Both the position numbers and the translations under genes were made by a program. 64,000 nucleotides of DNA, taken from NCBI GenBank assembly GCA_001799735.1, contig MGUA01000012.1, forward strand, positions 97,108-161,107. The letters run 5' to 3'. This stretch comes from Elusimicrobia bacterium GWB2_63_22. GTDB lineage: Bacteria > Elusimicrobiota > Elusimicrobia > Elusimicrobiales > UBA9959. Position 1 is the first letter of the stretch. Every line of letters starts with the position of its first letter. Of this stretch, positions 45,506 through 54,649 are shown in pieces. The notes beneath the pieces are model-generated. The model had not been told where the DNA came from. It was given only the letters and a program-made list of their open reading frames with translations, and ran no database searches.

Positions 45506-46144
45506 ATGGACGAAAACAAGAAAGCCTTCGGACTTAAAGCGCTGGACTGCGCGGCCGCCGCGCTCCGGAAAAACAATTTCGGCGCCGAGGTTTACCCCGA
45601 CGGGGCCGCGGCCGCGGCGGCCCTGCTGGCCCTGGCCGGCACGGGCAAAAAGATCGGCCTCGGCGGCTCGGTGACGGTCAGCGAGCTGGGCCTGCCCGCG
45701 CGCCTGGCCGCCGCCGGCAACGAAGTGATAACCCACGCCCCCGGCATGCCGCCGGAGGAGCGCCGCCGGGTCTGGCTGGCCGCGCTCGCCTCCGACATCT
45801 ACCTGGCTTCGCCGCAAGCGGTCACCAGCGACGGAAAACTTATACTGGTGGACGGCAACGGCAACCGCTGCGCCGCCGTCACCTGGGGCCCGCGCCGGAT
45901 AATCCTGCTGGCCGGGGTAAACAAGCTGGCCCGGAACCAGGAGGAGGGGCTCTGGCGCGCCCGCAACACGGCCGCCATCGCCAACAACCTCCGCCTTAAA
46001 AAGGACAATCCCTGCGTAAAGGCCGGCCGCTGCCTGGACTGCGCCTCGCCCTCGCGCATCTGCAACGTGGCCACGGTGCTCTGGAAGAAGCCGCCGGTCA
46101 GCGACATCCTGGTGCTGCTCATCAACGAAGAACTCGGTTATTGA
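45506..46144 (+). CDS. LUD-domain (lactate-utilisation LutB/C-like, YkgG family) protein
   Basis: True start is ATG 45506 (MDENKKAFGLKALD...). Motifs IGLGGSVTVSELGL, SPQAVTSDGKLILVDGNGNR, and a C-terminal PCVKAGRCLDCASPSRICN...ILVLLINEELGY tail, typical of LUD-domain proteins. Confidence 0.7.
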   Translation: MDENKKAFGLKALDCAAAALRKNNFGAEVYPDGAAAAAALLALAGTGKKIGLGGSVTVSELGLPARLAAAGNEVITHAPGMPPEERRRVWLAALASDIYLASPQAVTSDGKLILVDGNGNRCAAVTWGPRRIILLAGVNKLARNQEEGLWRARNTAAIANNLRLKKDNPCVKAGRCLDCASPSRICNVATVLWKKPPVSDILVLLINEELGY

Positions 46145-46323
46145 CCCCCGCGCCCTCGTTTTCGCGGGGGGGGGGCCTGCGTTTATCAATGTAAACCCCG
46201 TCACAGTTGACCAATATCACCTTACGGGCTCTTATATTATTAACTATAATATAACTTGGTACGGAAAATCCCCTGCTGCCAGGGGATACTTTTTGCTTTC
46301 TACGGGGGCGAAAGAATAAGGCA

Positions 46324-49300
46324 ATGGGCTGCATTAACCGGTTAAAACCTTATACACGCACCGCAAGGGGAATATTCCTCCTGGCGGCGCTGGTTTTTGC
46401 CTGTTTTGCCTCCGCGGGGGCGACCGGCTTTACCGGGAAGGTCACCGGGGAGGACGGCGTCACCCCCATAGCGGGGATTTCCGTGCAGGCGGTCGATCCT
46501 AACGGCGACGCCATATTGGCCTCGGCTGTCACGGCCGGGGACGGCACTTATTCCCTTACTTCCATCTCTCCCGGCACCTATCACCTCCAGGTCGACCCGC
46601 CCGGCTACTTCCCGAGCGTCCGCAGCAGCCATACCGTGGCCTCCGGCCAGGACCTGCAGGTGAATTTCGCGCTGCAGTGGAGCGGCGAGACCTGGCGCGA
46701 CACTTTCGCCACCGATACCTGGAGCGTCTTCATCTCGGCCGACAGGAAGAGCACCAACGGCAACGTGCTGCGCTTCGGCACGGTGTCCACCGGCGGCGGG
46801 GACTATGACAGCATCCGTAAAACGGCCGCCATCAGTTACGCGTTACACCCTTACGTGACCATCCGCAACAAGTACAAGGTCAACTCCGGCACCATGGGCA
46901 ACGTCAACTTTATCGTGGACACCATGGGAGACTGGAGCAACCGGCTGATCCTGGTTAACGATTATTCGGTGTCCTGGCCCTGGCAGGAGCGCACGTATAC
47001 CATAGGCGAGGATATGACCTGGGCCTCGTTCCTGCAGGGGGACGCGGCAGGCGACGTGGACCATTATTTCGACTACCTCATTTTCCATTCCGCGGACCGC
47101 GGCTACGTGGCGGGGCAGGTGAAGACCCCGGCCGGCACGCCCCTGCCGGACACCCGGGTGCAGCTGCTCAAGGGCTCGGCTGTCATAGGCGAGGCCCTTT
47201 CCGACGGGGCGGGCAATTATTCCATCTGGGCCGCCACCTCTACGGGGGGGTACACGGTATACGCCTCAACGGTCAACGGGGCGCAGTTCAGCCAGGCTTC
47301 GGTATCCATAGGCGGCCGCGTCCAGACCACGGTGAACGTCACGCTCGACCCTTTCCCGCCGGCGGCGGTTCCCGGGGTCAGGTTCACCGCGACGACCGGG
47401 AATTCCGCTGGTGTCGCCTGGGACGCTTACGGCTATGCCGGGTACTGGATCGCTTTTTCGTCTGATCCCGCTTTCGAGGTCTGGCACGCCAGCCAGGCTA
47501 TCACGGCGGGTTCTCCTACTACTTTGGGGGTTTACAGCCTGGAGCCCGACACCACTTACTACTTCAAGGTCAAAAGCGCCGACCTGGACGACAGCTATTA
47601 TTCGACCGCGGTCTCCTCCGCCACGCCGCCGGTGCTGCCGGGGGCCGTCTCCTTCTCCGCCGTCTATATAACCAGCGCCGTGCTGCAGTGGGCGGACGGG
47701 GGGAACCCGCCGGGGACCTGGTATCAGGTAGAATACGCCATAGACGAGGGCTTCGTCTCCAACCTGGGTTTCAGCAGCGGCACGGCCCTTTCGGCCACCT
47801 TCGGGGCGCTCAACCCCAACACCACCTATTATTTCGGAGTGCGGGCCCTGGGCTTCGGCGGGCAGGATACGGCGGCTACGGTCCCGGTCTCCACTATAAC
47901 TCTGGCCGCTCCTCCCGCGGGCGAGGCCTACGCGCTGGTCGCCTCCACCGGGCTTTCTGTCTTCTGGAGCAATAACGGCAACCCGGACGGCACCCGCTAC
48001 GAGATCACCGAGGCCACCGCAGCGGCTTTCGCTACGCTCAATTATTCCAGCGTCACCCCCGGCAATTACTTCGAGGCCGGGGGCCTCCTCCCCAATACCA
48101 CGTATTATTACCGGGCGGCCGCCCTGAACGGTTCAGGGCTGCGCTCGGCCGTAACCGAGTTCGCCCCGGTGGTCACGCTTTCCGCTGTGCCGCTGCCCAT
48201 CCCCAACCCGACCTGGTCCCTGGGCCTGGTCACAGGCACTTCGGTGGAGACGTTCTGGCTGGTGAACAACAACCCTAACTATACCGAGTATTACGTCGGC
48301 GTCAGCACGGACGTGAACTTCAACGGCCTGGACTACGGCCCCCTCGCCTGGTTCGCCGCGCCCTCCTACAACGTTACCGGCCTGGAGTCGGGCCTGACCT
48401 ACCATTTCAGGGTTAAAACCAGGGACGTCCTGAACCGGTCCAGCGCCTGGCTGTACCTGGGGACCGCCCAGACAGAGGCCGGGGCGGACAATACCCCGCC
48501 GTCGGTGAACGACCTGCAGGGGGGCGACGACGCCTGGCGCGGCGCCGCCGGCGGCGCCTACATGGTCCACTTCTCAGACCTCGGTTCCGGCCTGGACAAG
48601 TTCCAGGTGCAGGTGACCTCGGGGTTGTCGGCTAACGGGATAATCGTGCACGCCTGGGCCGACGCCGTGACCGGGATAAATGCCGCCGACTACGAGCAGG
48701 ACTGGGTGCTGCCCCAGGCGGTTTTCGAAACGATACTGGAGAACGTCACCAGCTACGTCTCCGTGAAAGCTTTCGACCTGGCCGGCAATTCCACCATTTA
48801 CCCCGACGCCTTCTATGTCAGGCGCGACACTACCCCGCCTACGATAACCAGTTACGCCTCTTCCCCGGCCGGCTGGCTGGCCGCCGACCCCGGGGCGGTC
48901 TTCGACGTGGATTTTGCCGACGCCCTCTCCGGCCTTGCGCAGGTGCTCTACAGCGCCAGCAACCAGCCGGCCCTGGCCGACGCCAACGTGCTGGGCTGGA
49001 CCCCGGTGGACGCCATAGTATCGAGCCCGTCGGTAACCGCGCTCTGGGGCGTTAACTTCGGCCTCCTGGCCGACGGCGCCAGCAATTATATCAGCGTCAA
49101 GGCCGTGGACGCGGCGGGAAATTATACCGTGCTCCAGGACGTGTTCCGTATCCTCAAGAACACGGTGGGCCCGGCCGTAGCCATAGCCGCCCCGCAGGCG
49201 GGCTACGTTTCCACCGCGGCCGTCCTGTCCGGTTCGGCTTCGGCGATGAACGAGGCCTCCCCGGTGGCCGGCAGCGAGGTGGCCATACAGGAACTGACCG

Positions 49301-51030
49301 GGAGCCAGTATTACGACGGAACGGCTTTCGCCTCCGGGGCCCCGGTCTGGCTGGCGGCCTCCGGCCTGGCCTCCTGGTCCTATAACGCCTCCACCGTGCC
49401 TTTTGCGGCCGGGACGCAGTATAAAGTTTACGCGCGGTCCCGGGACGTGAACTCTTTCGTGACGCCCATCCCTTATCCCAGCGTGACCTTCCAGCTGGAC
49501 CAGGACGCCCCGACCGTCTGGGTCTCCACCCCGGCCGTCGCCTCCCTTGTCTACGCCTTCGACGCCGTGGAGGGTACAGCCGCCGACACCGGCGGCGCCG
49601 GCCTGGCCAACGCGGAGGTGTACCTGATGCGCCTGGTGGACGGGCGGTGGTGGAACTTCCAGACCGACGCCTGGGGGGATGTGCCGGTCTCCAGCGCGGC
49701 GGCCCCGGGCGCCGCCTGGGCCTTCTCGCCCGGCCTGAAGCTGCGCGGCGGTCTGGTGCACGGCCAGCAATATTACGTCGGGGGCGCGGCCAGGGACGCG
49801 GCTTCCCCGGCCAACGTTTCGGCTTTCGGCTCGGCGGGCTCTACCTTTACCTGGGTGGACGCCTATGCGCCCGAGGCGGTAGCCCAGTTCGCCCCGTCCA
49901 CGGGCACGGCCCCGGGCCGCGTCAACCTGGCCTGGACCTTCCCCGGCGACGACGGCGGCGCCTTCCCGCTCACCTTCGGCCGCTACGCCGTGCAGTACTC
50001 CACCTACCCGGAGGCGGTGTTCAGCACGCAGGCGGCGCAGGTAATGATCTCCACGGGGCTGGTGCTCGCGGCCGCGCCCCAGGCCTACACCGTGGCCGGG
50101 CTAAACCCGGCCGCCACCTATTATTTCCGCCTGTGGACCGAGGACGACGCCGGCCTCTGGTCCGGCCCCTCGCCCCTGGCCTCCACGCTGTCCGGCGAGG
50201 CCCTCGACGACATGATCTCCGGCTCGGTGAAGAACCCGGCCGGGCAGGGCATTACCGGCGTCATGGTGGAGGCCATAACCAATAGCGGCCTCGTAGTCGC
50301 CTCGGTCTATACGCTCGACGACGGCTTCGGCTCCTTCACCCTGCCGGGGCTGCCCGACGGCCTCTACCGGGTGCAGGCCACCTGGCTCGAGGACGGGTTC
50401 TCCAGCTCCATCGCCAAGGACCAGATCCCGATGGGCTACGCCGACGCCAACTTCGAACTTTCCGTGGCCTACGAACTGGCCAGCGTGTCCGGCTCCGTGC
50501 CGGCCTCCGCGCCGTCCGCCCTGCGGCCTTCCGCCGCCGGGGCCGCGGGCGTACAGCTGTGGCAGGGCACGCGCCTGATAGCTTCCGCCTCGCCCGACGC
50601 CTCCGGCAGGTTCTCCATACGCAACCTGCTGCCGGGGAGCTACACGCTCAGGGCGGCCGGGACCGACGGCGTCTGGAAGAGTTTTACCATACAGCTGGCC
50701 GGCGGCGAGGACCTGCAGGTGACGCCGCTCGGCGCGCTGCTGCGCCAGGCTTCCGCCTACGCGTACCCGAACCCGGCGCGCGGCTTTGTGAAGTTCCGGC
50801 TTTATACCGAGGTCGCCCCGGTGCGGTTCAGCCTGGCGGTCTACTCTTTGGACGGTTCGCAGGTTAAAGCGGCGGAGGAGACTTTTAGCGGCACCGGCGT
50901 CAACGAGTACCTCTGGACTTTCACCGGCGGCCGGCCGGCCAGCGGGGTGTATTTCTACACGCTGCGGCTGAAGTACCCTTTCAGCGGGGAAACCGAAAGC
51001 GTCAGGGGTAAATTCGCGGTGATAAGGTGA
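46324..51030 (+). CDS. Giant secreted surface protein: CarboxypepD_reg-like + multiple FN3-like domains + T9SS/FlgD-Ig-type C-terminal domain (1568 aa)
   Basis: Signal peptide (GIFLLAALVFACFASAGA). N-terminal GKVTGEDGVTPIAGISVQAVDPNGD...GTYSLTSISPGTYHLQV (carboxypeptidase-regulatory-like). At least five FN3-like repeats ending in ...NTTYYF.V.A. More CarboxypepD_reg-like units near the C-terminus (GSVKNPAGQGITGVMVEA..., GSYTLRA). C-terminal domain at 50755-51027. Confidence 0.85.
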   Translation: MGCINRLKPYTRTARGIFLLAALVFACFASAGATGFTGKVTGEDGVTPIAGISVQAVDPNGDAILASAVTAGDGTYSLTSISPGTYHLQVDPPGYFPSVRSSHTVASGQDLQVNFALQWSGETWRDTFATDTWSVFISADRKSTNGNVLRFGTVSTGGGDYDSIRKTAAISYALHPYVTIRNKYKVNSGTMGNVNFIVDTMGDWSNRLILVNDYSVSWPWQERTYTIGEDMTWASFLQGDAAGDVDHYFDYLIFHSADRGYVAGQVKTPAGTPLPDTRVQLLKGSAVIGEALSDGAGNYSIWAATSTGGYTVYASTVNGAQFSQASVSIGGRVQTTVNVTLDPFPPAAVPGVRFTATTGNSAGVAWDAYGYAGYWIAFSSDPAFEVWHASQAITAGSPTTLGVYSLEPDTTYYFKVKSADLDDSYYSTAVSSATPPVLPGAVSFSAVYITSAVLQWADGGNPPGTWYQVEYAIDEGFVSNLGFSSGTALSATFGALNPNTTYYFGVRALGFGGQDTAATVPVSTITLAAPPAGEAYALVASTGLSVFWSNNGNPDGTRYEITEATAAAFATLNYSSVTPGNYFEAGGLLPNTTYYYRAAALNGSGLRSAVTEFAPVVTLSAVPLPIPNPTWSLGLVTGTSVETFWLVNNNPNYTEYYVGVSTDVNFNGLDYGPLAWFAAPSYNVTGLESGLTYHFRVKTRDVLNRSSAWLYLGTAQTEAGADNTPPSVNDLQGGDDAWRGAAGGAYMVHFSDLGSGLDKFQVQVTSGLSANGIIVHAWADAVTGINAADYEQDWVLPQAVFETILENVTSYVSVKAFDLAGNSTIYPDAFYVRRDTTPPTITSYASSPAGWLAADPGAVFDVDFADALSGLAQVLYSASNQPALADANVLGWTPVDAIVSSPSVTALWGVNFGLLADGASNYISVKAVDAAGNYTVLQDVFRILKNTVGPAVAIAAPQAGYVSTAAVLSGSASAMNEASPVAGSEVAIQELTGSQYYDGTAFASGAPVWLAASGLASWSYNASTVPFAAGTQYKVYARSRDVNSFVTPIPYPSVTFQLDQDAPTVWVSTPAVASLVYAFDAVEGTAADTGGAGLANAEVYLMRLVDGRWWNFQTDAWGDVPVSSAAAPGAAWAFSPGLKLRGGLVHGQQYYVGGAARDAASPANVSAFGSAGSTFTWVDAYAPEAVAQFAPSTGTAPGRVNLAWTFPGDDGGAFPLTFGRYAVQYSTYPEAVFSTQAAQVMISTGLVLAAAPQAYTVAGLNPAATYYFRLWTEDDAGLWSGPSPLASTLSGEALDDMISGSVKNPAGQGITGVMVEAITNSGLVVASVYTLDDGFGSFTLPGLPDGLYRVQATWLEDGFSSSIAKDQIPMGYADANFELSVAYELASVSGSVPASAPSALRPSAAGAAGVQLWQGTRLIASASPDASGRFSIRNLLPGSYTLRAAGTDGVWKSFTIQLAGGEDLQVTPLGALLRQASAYAYPNPARGFVKFRLYTEVAPVRFSLAVYSLDGSQVKAAEETFSGTGVNEYLWTFTGGRPASGVYFYTLRLKYPFSGETESVRGKFAVIR
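50755..51027 (+). other. C-terminal sorting-type domain (T9SS type-A CTD / FlgD Ig-like pattern)
   Basis: AYAYPNPARGFVKFRLYTEVAPVRFSLAVYSLDGSQVKAAE...YLWTFTGGRPASGVYFYTLRL...GKFAVIR. Same pattern as 23001-23276. Confidence 0.65.
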
Positions 51031-51043
51031 CAGGAGAGAACAG

Positions 51044-52798
51044 ATGAAAACTATCTATTTCGCGGCGGTCCTGGCCGCGCTATTGCCGGCGGCGGGCTAC
51101 GCCCAGAACCTGACCCCCCAGGGGGCTTCCGTGCACGACTCGGCGGGCACCCTGCGCTCGGACGCCTCCCGTACCGGCAGCTTCACCACGGCGGAGTCCG
51201 TTACGCTGCGCCAGAGCGTGAGCAACTCCGTCACCAGCCTGAACCCCATAGTCTTCACGTTCAAGATCAAGAACCCGGCCGGGGCCGAGGTGTTCACCCA
51301 CTCCGGCAACTCCGCCCCCGGCACGGCCGGCACGGCGCAGACCCAGCTGGCCGGCATAGCCATCTCTTCTTTCTACTCCGCCCCCGGCAACTACACCTTT
51401 GTGGGGACGGCCTCCCTGGACGGCGACACCGTGACCCAGCAGGCCGTGTTCATGATCTCCAGCCCCAACATCACGCTCATCTACCCGCCCTACGGGGCGC
51501 GCGGCCTGTCCGACAAGCCGCTGACCTTCCGCTGGACGGCCAGCGGCGCCGCGCGCTACCGCGTTACCGTAGCCGAGAACGCCGGGCTCTACAACCCGGT
51601 GCACATGGCCCTGAACGCCGGGGAAAGTTACTATTCCTACCCGGCCAGCCCGGCGGAGCCGCGGGAGCAGCTGGTGGCCGACCAGGTCTATCACTGGAAG
51701 GTGGAAGGCCTGGACGGCAGCAACAACAAGATCTCCGAGAGCAGCGTGTACAACTTCTCCATGAAGTCCCTCGCCTCGGCGCAGACCCGCAACATAGCGA
51801 TAACCCTGCTCGAGCTCAGCGCGCCGATCCTGGATTTCGAAAAGCCGGTAAACATGAAGGCCACGCTGTACAACAGCGGCTCCATCACCGAATCCAATAT
51901 CGCGGTCAAGCTGTCGCTGGGGGGGATAGCCGCGCAGGATTCGCCCAAGCAGGTGCTCTCCATAGCGCCGGGGGAGAAACAGGTCCTCGCTTTCACGGCG
52001 TTCATGCCCGGCGGGCAGGAGCAGGGGCTGGCCGTGGCCTGCGCCGACCTGTTCGACGACAATATCCCGGACAACTGCAAGACCATGCTGCTGTCCAAGA
52101 GCTCCGGCGACGCCTCGGCGCCGACCGCCAGGAAGAAGCTCAGCTACGACGAGATGTTCCAGGAGATCCTCAAGCGGCTAGGCCCGGAGGCCGCCAAAGC
52201 CCTGGAGGGTTACACTTTCGAGAGCCTCACCTGCGGCGGCTGCACGCAGGATGACCTGTCGGCCATCATCGCCGCCCTGATCAGCGGCGAGGCGCAGCTG
52301 GTGGACGCCTCCGTGCTCGACGACGGCACTGGCGCGGCGCCCTCGCCCGCGGCCCAGACCGCCGCCTCCTCCGCTTCCGGCGGCGAGGCGCCCGGGGACA
52401 TCAGCGAGAGCTCCCTGGACCTGGCGCCGGTGCGGCATGAAACCCCGGGCGAATGGACCGGCTTCATGGAGCCGCCCAGCGCCAAGGCGCCCTCTTTCTT
52501 CGTGGTGCGCGACCGCAAGGAATGGCGGAAGGTCTGGAAACTCCTCTCCCCGGAGGAGGACCTGCCGGACGTGGATTTTAAGACCAAGATGGTGGTGGGC
52601 GTGGTGGCCGCCCCGCAGGACCGGGCCGAGACCGTGCGCATGCTCGGCAAGCGCAAGACGGACGAAGGAATAGCGTTTGATTACTATGTCATCGAGGCGG
52701 CGGACGGGCAGAAGCCCTCGCTGGCCGCCTATATCTTCAGGATCTACGACAGGTCGGAGGACAAAGCCGACTTCAAGCGGTTGGACGTGAAGAAGTGA
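51044..52798 (+). CDS. Secreted hypothetical protein with 'YR' beta-sandwich and CARDB-like domains (584 aa)
   Basis: Signal peptide MKTIYFAAVLAALLPAAGYA. PLTFRWTASGAARYRVTVAENAGLYNPV...VYHWKVEGLD resembles the repeats of the 329-aa protein at 18918. NIAITLLELSAPILDFEKPVNMKATLYNSGSITESNIAVKLSLGG...LSIAPGEKQVLAF looks CARDB-like. GGAGAG RBS, 13 nt after the upstream stop. Confidence 0.7.
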   Translation: MKTIYFAAVLAALLPAAGYAQNLTPQGASVHDSAGTLRSDASRTGSFTTAESVTLRQSVSNSVTSLNPIVFTFKIKNPAGAEVFTHSGNSAPGTAGTAQTQLAGIAISSFYSAPGNYTFVGTASLDGDTVTQQAVFMISSPNITLIYPPYGARGLSDKPLTFRWTASGAARYRVTVAENAGLYNPVHMALNAGESYYSYPASPAEPREQLVADQVYHWKVEGLDGSNNKISESSVYNFSMKSLASAQTRNIAITLLELSAPILDFEKPVNMKATLYNSGSITESNIAVKLSLGGIAAQDSPKQVLSIAPGEKQVLAFTAFMPGGQEQGLAVACADLFDDNIPDNCKTMLLSKSSGDASAPTARKKLSYDEMFQEILKRLGPEAAKALEGYTFESLTCGGCTQDDLSAIIAALISGEAQLVDASVLDDGTGAAPSPAAQTAASSASGGEAPGDISESSLDLAPVRHETPGEWTGFMEPPSAKAPSFFVVRDRKEWRKVWKLLSPEEDLPDVDFKTKMVVGVVAAPQDRAETVRMLGKRKTDEGIAFDYYVIEAADGQKPSLAAYIFRIYDRSEDKADFKRLDVKK

Positions 52799-52824
52799 AA
52801 ATTCGGTAACTTACGGGAGGACAT

Positions 52825-53559
52825 ATGACCAAGACAATGAAACTGATGGCGGCGGCGGCTGTGGTGGCCGCGGCGTCGCTGGCGGGTTGGGGGCAGGCCG
52901 CTTTCTGCGCGCCTAAGATAGCGGCGGTGACGGTGTATATCACCGGCGAAGTGCAGGTGAAGCGCACGGGCGAGAAAGCCTTCGCGGAGCTCAAGGTGAA
53001 CGACATGCTCTACCCCGGGGACAACATCAAGACGGGTCCCGGCGCCAGGGCGGGCCTGGTAACCAAGGGCGGAGCCGAGGTGCGCCTGAACGAGAACTCG
53101 AACTTCGAGATCTCCGGGGCGGGCAAGCTGCGCGAGATGCTTAACCTCTCGGTCGGGCAGCTGTGGACCAGGATGCTGCACAAGATGGCCAAGATCAACG
53201 TGCGCACCCCGTCGGCCGTCTGCGCCGTGCGCGGCACCGAGGCCGACATCGAGCAGCGCAGCCTCCTGACCGTCAAGGTGTACGAGGGGCACGTGGACGT
53301 GCAGAACTCGCTGGGCAAGCAGTCGCTCAAGGCGGGCCAGATGACCACCGTGGCCGGCGCCAACGCCGCGCCCGAAGCGGCCAAGGCCATGTCGGGCGGC
53401 GACGCCGGCAAATGGCAGGAAGACGTGAAGGTCAGCGACTACGACAAGTTCGTCAAACTGATGGAAGAGAGCGCCGCGTCCGGCAAGAAGCTCAAGACCT
53501 CGGTCAAGATGCCCGACGGCACCGTGAAGCAGATAGAAGGCGGCCTGAAGAAGAAGTAA
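52825..53559 (+). CDS. FecR-domain protein, exported
   Basis: Signal peptide. FecR-domain pattern GEVQVKRTGEKAFAELKVNDMLYPGDNIKTGPGARAGLVTKGGAEVRLNENSNFEI...VRTPSAVCAVRGTE...VKVYEGHVDV. GGAGG RBS. Confidence 0.8.
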   Translation: MTKTMKLMAAAAVVAAASLAGWGQAAFCAPKIAAVTVYITGEVQVKRTGEKAFAELKVNDMLYPGDNIKTGPGARAGLVTKGGAEVRLNENSNFEISGAGKLREMLNLSVGQLWTRMLHKMAKINVRTPSAVCAVRGTEADIEQRSLLTVKVYEGHVDVQNSLGKQSLKAGQMTTVAGANAAPEAAKAMSGGDAGKWQEDVKVSDYDKFVKLMEESAASGKKLKTSVKMPDGTVKQIEGGLKKK

Positions 53560-53601
53560 GCCGAAGCCGCGTCCGCGGCCGGCTTAGCCGGCCGCGGGGC
53601 A

Positions 53602-54537
53602 ATGGAGGAGCGAATGAGAGTCTTAATGCTGGCCGCCGCCCTGCTGTGGCAGGCGCCGGCCCTTAACGCCGCGGAAAGTTCCGCCGCCCAGTTCCTGAGC
53701 CTCGGTTTCGGGGCCAGGGCGCTGGGCATGGGCGAGGCCTACACCGCGGTGGCGGACGACATCTCGAGCGTCTACTATAACCCGGCCGGGCTGGCCGCGG
53801 GGGACGCGGGCAGGGAGGTTTCTTTCTCCCACGCCTGGCACGTGCAGGACACCGCGGTTTCGCAGCTGGCCTACATGCGCCGGCCGTACGCCTTTCTGGT
53901 CACCTACTTTTCGGCGGGGGACCTGGAAGGGCGCGACGACGCCGGCAGTCCCACGGGGGACTTTACGGCGCGCGACCTGGCGCTGCAGGCCTCCCGCGGG
54001 GTGAGGCTGGGGCCGCTGCAGGCGGGCGCTTCGGTCAAGCTGATCAGCCAGCGGATCAAGTCCAGCGGGGCGACGTCATTCGCCGCCGACCTGGGCCTGC
54101 TCTACCGGCCGGAGGGCTCGCCGTATTCGCTGGGCGCGGCGCTCACGAACTTCGGCACTAAAGTGAAGTTCGAGGAAGAGAGCTACCCGCTGCCGCTCAA
54201 GTTAAAGGCCGGCGCCGCCGCGGCGCTGTCCGAAGGGCGGCTGCTGCTGGCGCTGGACGCCGAGTTCCCCAACGACGGGCCGGCCGCGGCGCGGGCGGGG
54301 GCCGAGTACAAGGGCATAGAGGGTATAGCCCTGCGCCTGGGCTACAGGACGTACCCGAAGGGACAGCGGGACGCGGTGCTGGCCGAAGGGTTCGGCGGCG
54401 TTTCCGGGGTTTCGTCCATGTACGGCTTCTTCGCGGGCGTCGGGTTCGCGTATGCCGGCTTTACGCTGGATTACGCCCTGCTGCCATACGGGGACCTGGG
54501 CAGCGCGCACAGGTTCTCGCTGGGGATGAAGTTCTGA
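53602..54537 (+). CDS. PorV/PorQ-family (FadL-like) outer-membrane beta-barrel protein, copy 2
   Basis: Signal peptide (MRVLMLAAALLWQAPALNA). Family motif AAQFLSLGFGARALGMGEAYTAVADDISSVYYNPAGLA. Beta-strand pattern, ending ...AHRFSLGMKF (terminal Phe). Paralogous to 23276-24328. An alternative start lies at 53614. Confidence 0.75.
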   Translation: MEERMRVLMLAAALLWQAPALNAAESSAAQFLSLGFGARALGMGEAYTAVADDISSVYYNPAGLAAGDAGREVSFSHAWHVQDTAVSQLAYMRRPYAFLVTYFSAGDLEGRDDAGSPTGDFTARDLALQASRGVRLGPLQAGASVKLISQRIKSSGATSFAADLGLLYRPEGSPYSLGAALTNFGTKVKFEEESYPLPLKLKAGAAAALSEGRLLLALDAEFPNDGPAAARAGAEYKGIEGIALRLGYRTYPKGQRDAVLAEGFGGVSGVSSMYGFFAGVGFAYAGFTLDYALLPYGDLGSAHRFSLGMKF

Positions 54538-54649
54538 CCCGGCCCGGGATCCCCGGGCCGGCGGTCGGCTTTGAAATAAGCGCAGGAGCCACGGCTGCCG
54601 CGCATATTTGAACGCACGACGGAGTCAGCTGTTTTACGGAGGCGGTCTT

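Noticed and set aside
46251-46323. Riboswitch (e.g. c-di-GMP) upstream of the giant surface-protein gene
   Set aside because: The predicted leader is only ~70 nt and contains a single simple hairpin. I could not recognise any known riboswitch consensus.
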